This document shows, in pieces, positions 1 through 12,007 of a DNA stretch of 64,000 nucleotides. A program made the position numbers and the translations under genes. The notes beneath the pieces are model-generated. The model saw nothing but the letters and a program-made list of their open reading frames with translations. It was not told the DNA's origin and did not search any database. Position 1 is the stretch's first letter. Each line of letters opens with the position of its first letter. The stretch spans positions 2,751,523 through 2,815,522 of the forward strand of contig MU058463.1 in NCBI GenBank assembly GCA_013265495.1. The letters are read 5' to 3'. This stretch comes from Vicugna vicugna. Its lineage: Eukaryota.

Positions 1-169
1 GTACACAGAGGTGTGGTGTTCAGTTGTTGTTTTGACTTACCATTGGCTTCTTCTCTTAAATCTGAATGTTTACAAATATGTTTAACATTTCTTTATGTAA
101 AGACTGAATCTATTACAAAACTAAGTATAAGTACGTTGTGTTCTATTTCATTCATGAAGACTCCCCAGG

Positions 170-373
170 GGAAAGTACAGGCTTTGGCATAGGAAACACC
201 TTGATTTAAACACTGGCTCAACCATTCACAAGCTTTGTGATCTGGGGTAAGTTATCTACAGCTTGAGTTTTTAATGTACACATTGGAATTATGGTTCCTT
301 CTTGCATAGGTTTAAAAAGGCTTACAGAGTGTCTGGTACATGCTAGATACTCACTAAACAGTAGCTATTATTA
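170..373 (+). mobile_element. MIR SINE, degenerate
   Basis: MIR core-like 'gctttgtgatctggggtaagttat' and tail 'gtgtctggtacat...tagctattatta'. Confidence 0.7.
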
Positions 374-406
374 ATGAAGCAGATGGAATATGAAGATTAT
401 TATTTA

Positions 407-562
407 TATGGTGGTAGTACATTGAATTGTACACCCAAAAAGATATGATCAAGTCCTAATTCCTGAAAACTGTTAATGTGAACTTATTTGGAAACAGATT
501 CTTTGCTGATGCAATCAAGTTAAGATGAGGTTCTACTGGAATAGGGTGGGCCTGGAATCCAA
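407..562 (+). mobile_element. MLT1 (ERVL-MaLR) LTR 5' fragment
   Basis: 'cccaaaaagatatgatcaagtcctaattcctg...ttatttggaaacag...gttaagatgagg...agggtgggcc' resembles the MLT1B/C start. Confidence 0.75.
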
Positions 563-3500
563 AGGAAGAAAGAATTACAACCAAGGAAAGTCAGCCCCAT
601 AAATGATGAATGATGCTGACTGACTGATGGATATCAGCAAAAGGAAAGAAAATGGGAAGTCTGCAACACAGATTCCACTTTAATTGACCTCAAAGGTTTT
701 GGGTTTTTTATTTAATAGAACAAAAATGGAATATTCCATCCCTTTACTCATGCAATTAAGTTTATGCATCTCCATCTTATTCTGGCATGGTTTTCTCTCC
801 CCTACTAAAAGCCAAAATGGAAGAACTTCAAATATTTTAGAATGGATCTTGGCAATGGGTTTGTTGTTTTGTTAAAAAAATCCTTTAAGGATATATCTCC
901 CCCAAAGAAGATAATCTTTGAGTCCCAGACCAATTAAGTGTTTTGCTGAGTTTAAGCAGCAACAGTTTTGGACTTAAGGAAAATGTTAATACCAGCACTA
1001 AAATTTATTCTGTTAATTGCTCTAATAATCAATAAGTAATTTTCATTCTAAACTAGGTTCTTTATGTGACTCAAATAAACCAACTGAAGATAATTTACAT
1101 CTGAATAACAATCCCTAATAATGTCACATCATTAAATTCCACCCTGGTTCTCAATAATGTTGGTTAGTGACCAATAAAGGGACTTATTACCTTGGTCAAG
1201 TCCTCAGGGCATAGAGTGAACCGATGGGTGAAGGATTTGCTTGTTGCCCCATGAGTCTGAGTGAGCCTTTTTTCTCCTGGGACTTTTACCACAATTTAGT
1301 TGCAGGCTGGTATTTTATCCCTCTTCTCTCTCTCTCTCCTCTTTCTCATCCACTTTCCCCCTTTCTTCCTTCCTTCCATATTTGCTTTTAAATAGAATAG
1401 TTTTGATCGTAATATAGGCAAAAGATTCACAAAGGGAAGAATCTTCCGCAGCATTCTACTTCTGCTTGCATATGATTAACAGAAAGAGCAAAATATTTTA
1501 AGAAAACCTCTGCAAGTTGAACTTCAAGTTCTTTACACTGAAAATAAAGAGAGTAGATACTGGGGAATTATCTATGCATACAGATTAATATTTAGACATT
1601 ATTTCTAAAAGAAATATTTTGGGCCTATGTTGCTAGTTTAGTTATTTATATTTTCCAAATTAAATAGCCCCTAGCTTTTTAATGCTGTGCTATAGAGTTG
1701 CAATGCTGTGGAATCCACCATGTACCAGTAAAAAGTGTTTTTATGACTAAACTGTGAATAACCGAAATAGTCAAAATCATTACTATTTTCAAGCAAATTT
1801 TTTAAAGTGCTTTTGTGATACCAACACATTTGCTACTGATATTGAGATTTTTATGTTAATTAAACAACCCCTACCCTCTCGGTGCATGCTAGATATGTAC
1901 GCTTTGTAATTATCTCCATTATTGAAATAGCTGGCTTGATTTATCCTTGCCACACTAACATTGTAGCTTCTGTTATTTTTATCTTTAGAAAAACATAGGT
2001 CCCAGCAAGGGAATATAAAACTATTACTGTAAATTAAATATTAAAGCTAACTTATTTTTGCATAAGAATGCTGTCAAATAATGGTGATAACTGTTACTAA
2101 GACAGAAACTATGTTTTGGCTATTTTTTGTGGGGGGAGCACAAATTCAAATTCAATTTTCAGTTCTTTTGGTAAATTGCATGTATTTATTGTGTATAGTT
2201 TTACTGATGGTAGTAGCTTGGGGGAAGCTATTATAGTCTTAGTTTAGTGATTAAGAAATACAACATTTGTTGAAGGGTTAGGCCTTTTAGCCTAGAATGG
2301 ATTAGCACTTGATCCTTCCTTAAGCATTTTTATACAGGAGTGCATTATCCTTGGAGCCACCCTGGGCTCCATGCCTCATTAGCTTGGGTGTTAGATAAAT
2401 CAAAGGCAGCCTCAGAGACAAAGATAAGCAAACTGCAGGCCAGCAAGATGATGATGTATGGATCCAGGAGGCTAATAGGAAAGTATTGACAGGAAAATGG
2501 TGTGCTTATCCTGCAATCACTGCATATTGCAATGAGAGCTCCCCAAAGCAGATGGGATACACTTCAGGGAATGCGCAGCTACAAGACCGTTAGGCAGAAA
2601 TGGATCCTTGTGTTTTAAATTCTAACGAGAAACTTAAGTTTCTTTTTAGCAGTGATTCAAATTCATTGGAATGTGTAAAGGCGCAGTCCACAGCAAAGTC
2701 TAAAAAGAGAATCTCAGTTCAGAAGAGCGAGCGTTGGAATTACTTTCACTCCAGATTTTTTTCTCACCAGCATAACCTTTAGATAGCAAAGAATAAACAC
2801 TGGCTCGTGCTTTCCGTGATGATCGCTGCTGAATCTGTCTTTAATACGTTATGAAGTTTGCGTCTTGATACTTCTGCAGGAATCAAACGGAACACTGCCT
2901 GAGTAAATCTTAACACGGAGGGAAATATATATCTATTTGACATGTTCTGGAGCTAAATAACGTTTTCAGATTCTCATCTACAGTCAGTCAATATCCTAAA
3001 CTTATTGGGACTTTTAAGATCATGTACAGAATCTTATGCACAGAGTTTTCTACTTACGGGGTTTTTCCTCCTCTCTCCCCTTTTAGAAATCATACACTTC
3101 TGTATACTTTTAAATTAATTCAGCCATTGGTAAATTTAGTGTAAAAAAGAATAATATGATGATGACTGTATTACATGGAATCACACGTTCACCAAAAATA
3201 TTCATTGATACTCACCTGACTTAAGCCTGTTGGGGTACTGCTGTGGGTTGAAGTTTTAACTAACAGAATTGATTTTCCAAATCATGATGTACTCATTCAG
3301 TCTCCTTCCCTCAAAATAGGACCCCCTGATTTACTCTAAATGATGGGCCACTCACGGTTCTGAAATAAGAGCTGCTGAGTTCTCTGCTAAGATGCTTTCA
3401 TTTTCAGGACCATGGAAACCAAACGTATTTATCCAGATGATGACCAACTGATAGGAGAGTCCTATAACCCTACAAAAACCTGGGTGGTTTTTGCATGGAC

Positions 3501-5264
3501 TACACACTAGCTCACTGCAGTTCTGATGGATGTGCCTGGCTGGTACTCAGGTCACTATATTACAATGATGGGTGAGGATCTGATGGTCATCAGGAAGTGA
3601 GCCAGAACCACCCAGATAGGCTAAGAAAAAATCACTGGGCGGCCCTGCAAATTAGGAACCATAACTTATGGTAACGGATGTGTTAATTTTGCAGTTATTG
3701 GAATGTTCTACATCATTGTCTAAAAACCTCAGATTTTCCCATATTTAAGGCACTAGGGTACTTTGTCTCATATAGCAGACAGGTGAGTTTAGTAAAACGT
3801 ATTATTGGCATAGGTGACATACCTTAATTCATGACAGAAACTTTCAACTAAATTTCTGAATCCCTTGTTCAAAGGCAGGCAGATACAAGTAAAGATTTTG
3901 TGCATTTAAGGGGAATGAGCAAAGAATCAATGAAATTCCATTGCCAAGTCCAAATTTTAAAGATGAGGGGAAAAAAAAAAGGAAGCTCCCTCTACTCTCC
4001 AAAATAAAACCACTTGCCAAAAGCCAATTAGTAATTAGCAAAGCAGAACTGGATTTTAGTTGGCTGACAACTGGTTAGAGAGGCTAACACGTTGCCTCTC
4101 TAACCAGCATAGAATTTGGGGGTGCAGAGGTGGGAGATTACTACAGTTACTAAAAATGAAAAAAGAAGAGGGTTAAAAATGGGAACTGAATCACAAAATG
4201 GAAACACAGTTCTCCCAGGTCGCTATATCTCTCCAACGTAATCTCATCATTGCACAGAAAGAGGAATGCAGGAAACAGTCCCCGTCCTGGTCCAAGTGAC
4301 TGCCTGGTCAGAAAGTTCACCACCCTGGGTCACCCGGGCTGGACACCCTCCAGAGCTCTGGATGTGAAACGGAAAAACTTTGTCTCTCCTATCCTTCCCA
4401 CCCTGAACTAGGCTCTACTTACACTTACTAATTACTACTAAATTCCATCTTCTCCCTACTTTTTCTCCAAGAATTTCTGACTTAACACTTAAAAAGAAAA
4501 AAAGCATTAGAACTACTAGTTTGCCAGATGTGATGACTATGAAAAAAATCTTTCCAAATAAAAAGGATTATAAATAAATCACCTTATCTTATAATTCAGT
4601 GTAATACAGTTGCCATAAAACTAAACGAAAATGTCAATTGGTTTCCCTTCCTCTAAATCATCATTCCTAAAAACTGTGAATTATCTTAAGCTCAGAGAAA
4701 TAAGTCACATATTTTCAATTTGTGCTCTTAAAGTTTTGCTGTTCTTGGCTAGAGGCATGCCCCCCCCCACCCCCCATTTCTCTCTGAAACTTCAAGAGAG
4801 AAAACGGCCAGTGGCGCATCAGAATTCATTGCAGACAGCTCGGTCAGGTTCTTATATATATAATGGAGATTTCTTTCATAAATCAATGCAACGGTAACTT
4901 TAAGAATAATATATAAATGTATCACGCACAAAGATTTTAAAATCATGCTTAATGACATCATCTGTTACACCCCGGAAGTTACCCAAATGTTACTTTTAAA
5001 ATTATAACCAGAAACGAATTCGGAATTCATCTCAAGACTGCAGTGCTTCTTCTCAGAAAGGAGCCCCTTCACCAACGAAAGCAGCTCTTTAGGAGGCAGC
5101 AAGGACATCAGACATCCAAATAAACAAACTCAGCTTCACAAAGGAACACTGGAAAGAATGAAAAGAGACTACCCAGAATGGGCTCCCTAATCAGGCCCTG
5201 CGCCTCCAGTTTGGGAACTGCCATTAATTTCACTTTCTAAAACCCAGCCCTGCAAGCTCCCAGC

Positions 5265-5660
5265 TGGCGGAGGTGCCCCGTCATCACGTCCTGCCTTTGT
5301 TCTGGGGTCCGGCTGCTTTCTCCTCACCTTCTCCCATTAGCCCAGGGAACACTGTGATTAATGCACAGCTCCCTGCCCCGGCCCACAGGCCCGGCCGCTG
5401 GCGGCTGCCGGCAGGTCCCGCGCCGTCGCCGCTGGCCCTGCGCCTTTAAGGGCCTTCCCTTCACCCGCCCCGCCCGCCGCCAGCAGCGGGGCCTCCCCGC
5501 GGCCGGCCGGCCTGCCGCCCGCACCCTGGGACCGTGCGGGGTGCGTTCATTACTCATCGCTGACAATAGCCCATCGAGTAAGATGTAGAACTCAATTCCA
5601 GCAGAAAGACCTATAATGTCGGAGTCAGGAGGTTATCGCTGGGGGACCTGCACCTTGCTC
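5265..5660 (-). promoter_or_regulatory. Small CpG island, candidate minus-strand promoter
   Basis: Dense CpG/GC at 5370-5545 in an AT-rich background. Minus strand has GC boxes (GGGCGGGGCGGG, 5464-5475), then TATA-like CTTAAAGG (5443-5450), then a donor AAG|GTGAGG at 5328/5327. Confidence 0.6.
5328..5420 (-). other. Candidate first exon of an unidentified minus-strand transcript
   Basis: Lies between the TATA-like element and a consensus donor. Ends ...ctaATGGGAGAAG|gtgagg. The TSS is an estimate. Confidence 0.35.
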
Positions 5661-6154
5661 CGCACCTCTCTTATCGAGAGCTTTACAGCCTCTGCTGGGG
5701 CCAGCATCTTGTAAAGCTGAGGGCGGCAGATTTGGCCTCAGATTAGCATACATCTTCCTAAGTGGTACTACATTTAATTAAAAAGTAAACCTTAGTTAAT
5801 TTTTTTTTCATTACTGTAGGAATAGGAAAAGAGATGTACCTTGTAAAATGGGAGTTGACCATAGAGAGGAAAAGAAAGCAGATCTGAGACTTGGGACCCT
5901 GCTGTTTCCTGCCCTGTCCCCTCCTGGAGAGGCCAATGACTCAGTGTCTGGGAATCCTCCCTCTGCAGCCCACGATGCTCGTCCCAAACCCGAAGAAAGC
6001 CAGAGAGCACCTAGTGTGTAACCTTGCAATATATTTCTGCCACTGTGCTGTCAAACCCCATCTCACTCTGCTCTGGCCTTTTAGATTTTCCTTTGAGGGC
6101 AGTGTGTGGGAGCTACTGTCCAAAGTTTGGATGTGTGAATCAAAACTGAATGAA

Positions 6155-6432
6155 TATGTGGAATTTAAAAAAAAAAAGGACAAAAATGAACTACTTATTA
6201 CTTATAACTTAGATGATTGATTTCTTAAATATGTGTAAGCACATTTAATTGTCCTTATGATCAGATTACTGCATTCTGTTGCTTCTTATTTTGTGGTTGG
6301 CTTTATTCCTTTGATAATTATGTAAGTTTAAAAAGCTAAAGCTCTAAACTGTTCTTAGAAACAATGAAAAGTACATATATGTAAATTTTAAAAAACTGAT
6401 TTTTCTATTTGCACATAAAAAAATAAATAAAT
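6155..6432 (+). mobile_element. TSD-flanked chimeric retro-insertion (short L1 ORF2-end/3'UTR piece + unassigned AT-rich sequence + A-rich tail)
   Basis: Exact 17-bp direct repeat aatcaaaactgaatgaa at 6138-6154 and 6433-6449. Starts tatgtggaatttaaaaaaaaaaaggacaaaaatgaacta and ends aaaaaaataaataaat. Confidence 0.75.
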
Positions 6433-7759
6433 AATCAAAACTGAATGAAGTACTTGCCACCTCCTGGAAATTCTGATTTCACGACAATCAGAAAACTTAA
6501 ATAAAAAGCCCTAATGCAAAAGAAGTGGAGTCAGGATAGAGAAGGACATCCCTGGAATATGTCTCTTTAGTATTTAATCATCTTCCAGAACTATTGACAT
6601 CACATTACTGGAGGAAAACACAAGTGTGAGACTTACTTCAATTTCATTACATTAAACAGATACTCATCAAACTGTAATAATTAACCAGACATAAGGAAAG
6701 ATTCATTCCACTTGAAAAGAAAATTCAGGTCGTGACTACAGTATCACCGAAAACCAATCATGCAATTAAATACTGTAAACTGCTTACACTATTTTTTCAG
6801 TGATTTCAGAAGGCTTATTCATCTAAAGCTAATATTGCAAAACCAAATCTAAAATGTTGAAGGGGGAATAGGAAAAAAAATGACTATGGGACATTTAATT
6901 TAGAATGATTTAAGATGAAGTAAAACCAAGGAAAATAATATAAATTTAGTATATTATTTCATGTAAGGATAACGATAATTATGCATAACTTTTCTAAACA
7001 CTTTGTCAAGACACCATCAGCCTGAAATTCTATAAGGGCTTTCTTAACCTAATTTTTTAGCAAGTTGCCCTCTTCAAAACAACACAATCTTCCACAGCTT
7101 TGTCATTTTTCTGGTTCTGCACTTTATGTGACTTCACAATTTTCCACCTTTACTACCATTTCCACTCATGTCAAACTTGTGCATTTTTAGTAGAATTATC
7201 TAGAAATATATAACAGAAGTCACCATCCTCACATGGTCTCTATTACGAACAGTATTTCAGAAAGCATACAGACATTTACCTAGAAGGTAGATGACAGCAT
7301 AAACCAGCATTTCCATACAGCTCCACAAAAAGTAGTTCCTGAAGGTATTTCTAGTTGTTGTTGTTGTTTAAATTGAGTTGCTATTTGGGTAAAATATTTG
7401 GGTATTTGAGCTTAAAAAAATCTCAACAAGTCTTCTCAGAACCGATAAAATATCACCATACATTTCACAATACTCCAAGAAGCAAAAGCATTCCTTGTTT
7501 GTCAAATATATTTGACCGTGGAATCCTTTTCAGGCAGCATCTGCAAAGGATGGATGGCTTCCTGTAGAAAATGCTGGGAGAAGCCTGAGCCTTCCCTTTT
7601 TCTGGGTGGCATATTAAGGGAGTCACTTCCATTGTAACCCTGTAACCCACATTGAGGGTCATGAGGTAGGAGGCAGGATAACACAATGAAGAGCAAATGA
7701 ATAAAATATGCAAAACTTTTAGTACAGTTCTTGGACCCTGGAAGATGGAATTCGTTTTT

Positions 7760-8023
7760 ACTACTATAAAAAGTCACCTTCTCTCTGATGCCTTTTGCAA
7801 CAGCCCCAGGCAGAGTGCTACCTCCCACAGGCTCTGCTAGCATTCAGCTTATGTCTCTATCAGGATGTCTGTTCCTTGCTTTATAATAATCACTGTTCAT
7901 AAGTGTCTCTCCACCTGCTTCTGAGAAGAGGGCCCATGTCTAACCCATTCCTCCATCTCCACTTCCTAGCACCTCATTGGACACCTGGTTGGCATTAATA
8001 GATATTTGTTAGGGGGATGAATT
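7760..8023 (+). mobile_element. L2 3' end fragment
   Basis: '...cttcctagcac...taatagatatttgtt...gatgaa' is an L2-type tail. Confidence 0.55.
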
Positions 8024-8179
8024 AGCCAGGGACTAAAATTTTATTCATCTTTGCATACTAAAATACAGAATGTGTTTAACTGTATCACCGGATCAAGACC
8101 TGCCCTCTACCACCTCCAAGAAGTAAAGGACAACATAATTTAATCACAGCAAAACCATTACTGACAGCTGCCTCAACCA

Positions 8180-8410
8180 GGTATTGAGGCTACTTTGTGC
8201 CAGACGTTGTGCTGGATGCTTGTACCTACATTACCCTTCTAATCTTCATAACAACTCTCTGAGGTAGATGTTGCTGTCTCCACTAGATAAATGAGAAATC
8301 CGAGGCTGGAGGGGCTAAATGGTGTGCCTGGAATCGTGTGCAGGGGTATAAGATGCAGCAGGGATTTGAATCAAGCTGGCCTGAGTCCAAACTCATGTTA
8401 GCTACTCTGC
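8180..8410 (-). mobile_element. MIR SINE
   Basis: 'ctactttgtgccagacgttgtgctg...ataacaactctctgaggtagatg...atgagaaatccgaggc...gggatttgaatcaag'. Confidence 0.8.
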
Positions 8411-8499
8411 TCAACTAACAAGGAAACTAAGTTTGTAGGAGAGCACAGTCCTCGGTAATTCTTTCCTCCTTGTTCAGACGGCTCTTCCTTAGTTGAAAA

Positions 8500-8528
8500 A
8501 AATAAAATAAAATAAAGTAAAATAAAAT
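8500..8528 (+). repeat. (AAAAT)n simple repeat
   Basis: aaataaaataaaataaagtaaaataaaat seen directly. Confidence 0.8.
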
Positions 8529-9019
8529 GACACCATTCCTCTGACCTTTCTTATCATCCTGTAGAAGATGGTGGAGCATGGTGGAAAACCCCCAGGTTTT
8601 AGAATCAATTGCTTTGTTTTTCTAAGACAAATTAATTTCTCCAAGTCTCAGTTTTCTTTCTATGCAGGGACATTACAATGTTTAATTGTTTTATCAGCTT
8701 AATGCAAAAATATAGAGTACAATAACGAGAAGACTCTCAAAAGATGATATGACTATGATGCACGTTCCTCCTTCTCTGAGCCATACCTTCTTGAAGGGGA
8801 GGCAGAACCCACTGCCTTCGCATCTCTACTCCCCATTCACTCTCTGGCCCCTTTGACCTCTTCTGACACCGTCTACCTTAATCTGCTCAATCAGATCCAA
8901 TTCCATCATTGACCTTCTAGCTGTCAAATCCAATGCCCTTTTCTCAATCCTTGTTTTCCATGCCTTCTGTAATATTTACAACTGCTTTAAAATAATATTT
9001 ACTATGGATGCTCTCATTG

Positions 9020-9560
9020 AAGAAGTCCTCCCTATTCATTTTATAAAATTTAAAATTTATAAGGAAAAGAAAAATAAAAAATTAAAATCACCCATTTGCT
9101 CATTATTTAAAAATAAAGCTATTAATATTTTGGTGTATTTTTTAATTACTCTGTGTATATAATATATATTTTAAAATGTGGGATAATACTATATTAAAAG
9201 GTTGAATCCATGTATATTTACTTAACATCATAGCATAAGCATTAAACCATGTATTTATATTTTATTTTAAATCAAGATTTTTACAGCCAAGATATGTACC
9301 ATAATTTATTTGACTTTTCTGATTTTTTTTAGAATGTAAGTATTGTGATAAACATACTTGCATATGAATCTTACTATTTTGCCATGGAATAGAGCTATTT
9401 AAAAAATATGAAGTGGGGGCTGGGAGTACATGGGACATCTCTGTACCTTCCTCTCAATTTTACCGTGAACCTAAAGCTGAAATAAATAAGTAAAATTTTA
9501 AAATACATATTAAGATTTTTGAATTATTGATATATGCTGTTAAGCTGCTTTCCAGAAAAC
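9020..9560. mobile_element. Degenerate old L1M fragments (minus-strand L1ME-like piece containing a plus-strand L1M tail at ~9410-9490)
   Basis: AT-rich L1ME-like text. 'atgggacatctctgtaccttcctctcaattttaccgtgaacctaaa' is an L1M 3' terminus motif. Confidence 0.5.
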
Positions 9561-9570
9561 CTAAACCTAT

Positions 9571-9740
9571 GTTGTCTAATATGATATCCACTAGCCACAT
9601 GGAGCTGTTTATATTTAAACTTATTAGACTTTAACAAATCACAAACTCAACTTCTCAATGACAGTAGCAATATGTCAAGAGCTCAATAAGAGCAGATATG
9701 GCACATCTCCATCATTACAGAGGGTTCTGTTGGACAGTGA
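9571..9740 (-). mobile_element. MER3/MER33-type hAT-Charlie element
   Basis: 'ccactagccacatggagct...catctccatcattacagagggttctgttggacagtg'. Confidence 0.7.
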
Positions 9741-9965
9741 TGAGGCAAGAATGATCCAGAAAGACAATAGAACCATAGCACCATTTGCATTTCTGCTTAA
9801 TCCTGAAAAAGGGAGTAAATAAGGGACAGGTGACCTCACGCTGCACGGATTGCTTAGCTATGAAGCACAAGCGAGGCAAGAGGTGAAAAGTTTGATTCAT
9901 ATGTTTAGTACATAAATTCAGGTGTTTTTACTTTTACTAATTTTGAAGCCATTTGGCTCCCTCTT

Positions 9966-10106
9966 TTTAAATTGTTTTTTTAATTTTTAAGGGGGGGAGG
10001 TATTTAGGTTTATTTATTTATTTATTTTAATGGAGGTACTGGTCATTGAACCCAGGACCTTGTGCATGCTAAGCATACACTCTACCACTGAGCTATATCC
10101 TCCCCA
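9966..10106 (-). mobile_element. tRNA(Ala)-derived lineage-specific SINE (camelid vic-1-like)
   Basis: Minus strand reads ggggaggatatagctcagtggtagagtgtatgcttagcatgcacaaggtcctgggttcaat (A and B boxes), then an A-rich tail. 17-bp TSD ccatttggctccctctt at 9949-9965 and 10107-10123. Confidence 0.9.
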
Positions 10107-11369
10107 CCATTTGGCTCCCTCTTATGAGAAGAGTAACTCTCCAGGGTAGAAAGAAAACTTCTCTTCTCCAAAGAGGACTTATATTGGTAAAGGGTTTTCT
10201 CATTCTCAACATCATCACATTTTCATGTTGCTGAGGTATTGGTTGGGATTCTGGACTACTGGCCACCAAGCCCTACTGCAGAAGAAAAGGAGCATTAGGG
10301 GGCTTTTATGCGCGAGAAATCAGGAGTGGGTTGAGATCCAGAAGAGAATGGGAGAGGGAAGAAAGGGCCGAGCAAGAGAGTACTCTGTAGCTTTGAGTTT
10401 GAAATGCAGTTTTAGAGCAAGGTCTCAGGTTGCATGTATTTCAAACAAGTACCAGGAAGTGGACCAGGAAAAGGATCACTGAAGAGTGCTGTGCCAGTGT
10501 ACAGCTGCTATTCTGGACCAGAGGTCCAACTCCATCCCTAAGGAATACAGACAACTTGTAAAGGCCAGCTGCATGGGCCGATCCCACCTGCCAGCCATCC
10601 ATACAAGTGAGACAATGACTATGGGGAGGGTAAGTGTCATGAGACCAGTTATGCCTTGAATCTTTGCACAAATAACATACCTCTTCCTTGAGGACACTTC
10701 CAGCTCTTTTCCAGAACACTCACAAGCTCTTGAGAAGTCCTAGGACACTGAGAAGGTGAGGGGGAGATCCAAGCTCCCAGGTGTACTCAAGGAGACTCAC
10801 AAGGCATCCTATAGCTTCAGAAAGTAGTAATAGCCTATTCCCCAGAGAGCTGGCCATGGTCTTTGTGACACTGTCAGCAAGGAATTGGGAGCTGTGCTGA
10901 AGGCCAGGGCTGTAAGGCAGAGAAACTCACCTGGGGAGGGTAAGTCAGCCAGCCCTTGTTGAGTCCTTACCCAGGTTAATGACTTTACTCACATCCAGTT
11001 CACCTTTCCAGCACTTTGGGGAAGGGTCTTCCTTCCTCTCCCACCTCTCAGAATCAGAACACATGGGGGCTGTATGAAGGGAGCTAAATCAGGATGAGCA
11101 TCTTTATATAGTTGTTTAAAGTTACTTCTACATCAGAAATGAATTACTGTGAGATGTGGGGAATGTTAATAAGATAATTTACACTCTCAGCTAAGAGTTG
11201 ACATTCAAGAGGCCAAAGCTCTACAAGTCCCTACAAGTCATAGCAGCGTAGAGACCTATCCAGAAGGTTTGTAAGTTAAATAGTTCTGAGCAAAATCATG
11301 AGGTTGACTAAAGCTCTGATTAAAAAAAAAAGTTTTACTCTATTAATAGAAACATAATTTACTGTTCCC

Positions 11370-11560
11370 CTGGAGTTGTTAAGCTGCTAAGATGTAACCA
11401 CTGGAGGTCATCTGTCCTACCCCAGGAAGAAAATGTATCTGAGAGATGTAGAAAGATCAATGGATGTATGCCCTTGGATTCAGCTGTGCCTGAAGTCAGA
11501 GGCATTCCCAGATTACCCAGTTAAGAGAGTTAATAAATCCCCTTTGGGGAGTTAAATCAT
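11370..11560 (+). mobile_element. MLT1 (old MaLR LTR) fragment
   Basis: 'cccttggattcagctgtgcctgaagtcaga...ccagttaagagagttaataaatccccttt'. Confidence 0.6.
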
Positions 11561-11754
11561 TAAATTAAATTAAATTAGGTTAAATTAAGTTACCTTACTA
11601 ATGAAATATAAAGATTACTTAAAAGGGATATACATAAAATTATTTTCTTTCTATATTTTGTCTAAAATGTCTACAAGATTCTAATAGATGAAAAATAGAA
11701 CTTATCTAAAGACAGATGAAGGTATTTGCTTGCTTTTGTTTCTTCTCTAATCAG

Positions 11755-12007
11755 AAGTCAGTATAGCACAGTAGATGGGAAAAAGTTCTAAATTCGGGTT
11801 TAAGTCTTGGTGGCACCAATTGCGAGCTGGATAACCTTGTACAAATGATGTAACCTTTCTGTGCCTCAGGTACCTCATGTACAAAGTAGAGGAAAATATT
11901 AGTACCTGCCACATGAGGTTACTGTAATGAGTCAGCGAATTAGTGCCTGTGACACATTGACACCTGGCACACTGTAGCCCTCTGTTAATCTTACTTACCA
12001 TTATCAT
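11755..12007 (+). mobile_element. MIR SINE
   Basis: 'gctggataaccttgtacaaatgatgtaacctttctgtgcctcag...cctggcacactgtag'. Confidence 0.8.

Noticed and set aside
2817..2902. Possible C/D-box snoRNA (GTGATGA...CTGA, ~86 nt)
   Set aside because: Weak terminal stem, poorly placed internal boxes and no guide complementarity that I recognise.
5324..5588. Arg/Pro/Gly-rich ORFs on both strands
   Set aside because: Expected from stop-codon scarcity in a CpG island.
10035..10106. Possible tRNA-Ala gene
   Set aside because: Mismatched stems plus an A-rich tail and TSD identify it as a SINE.
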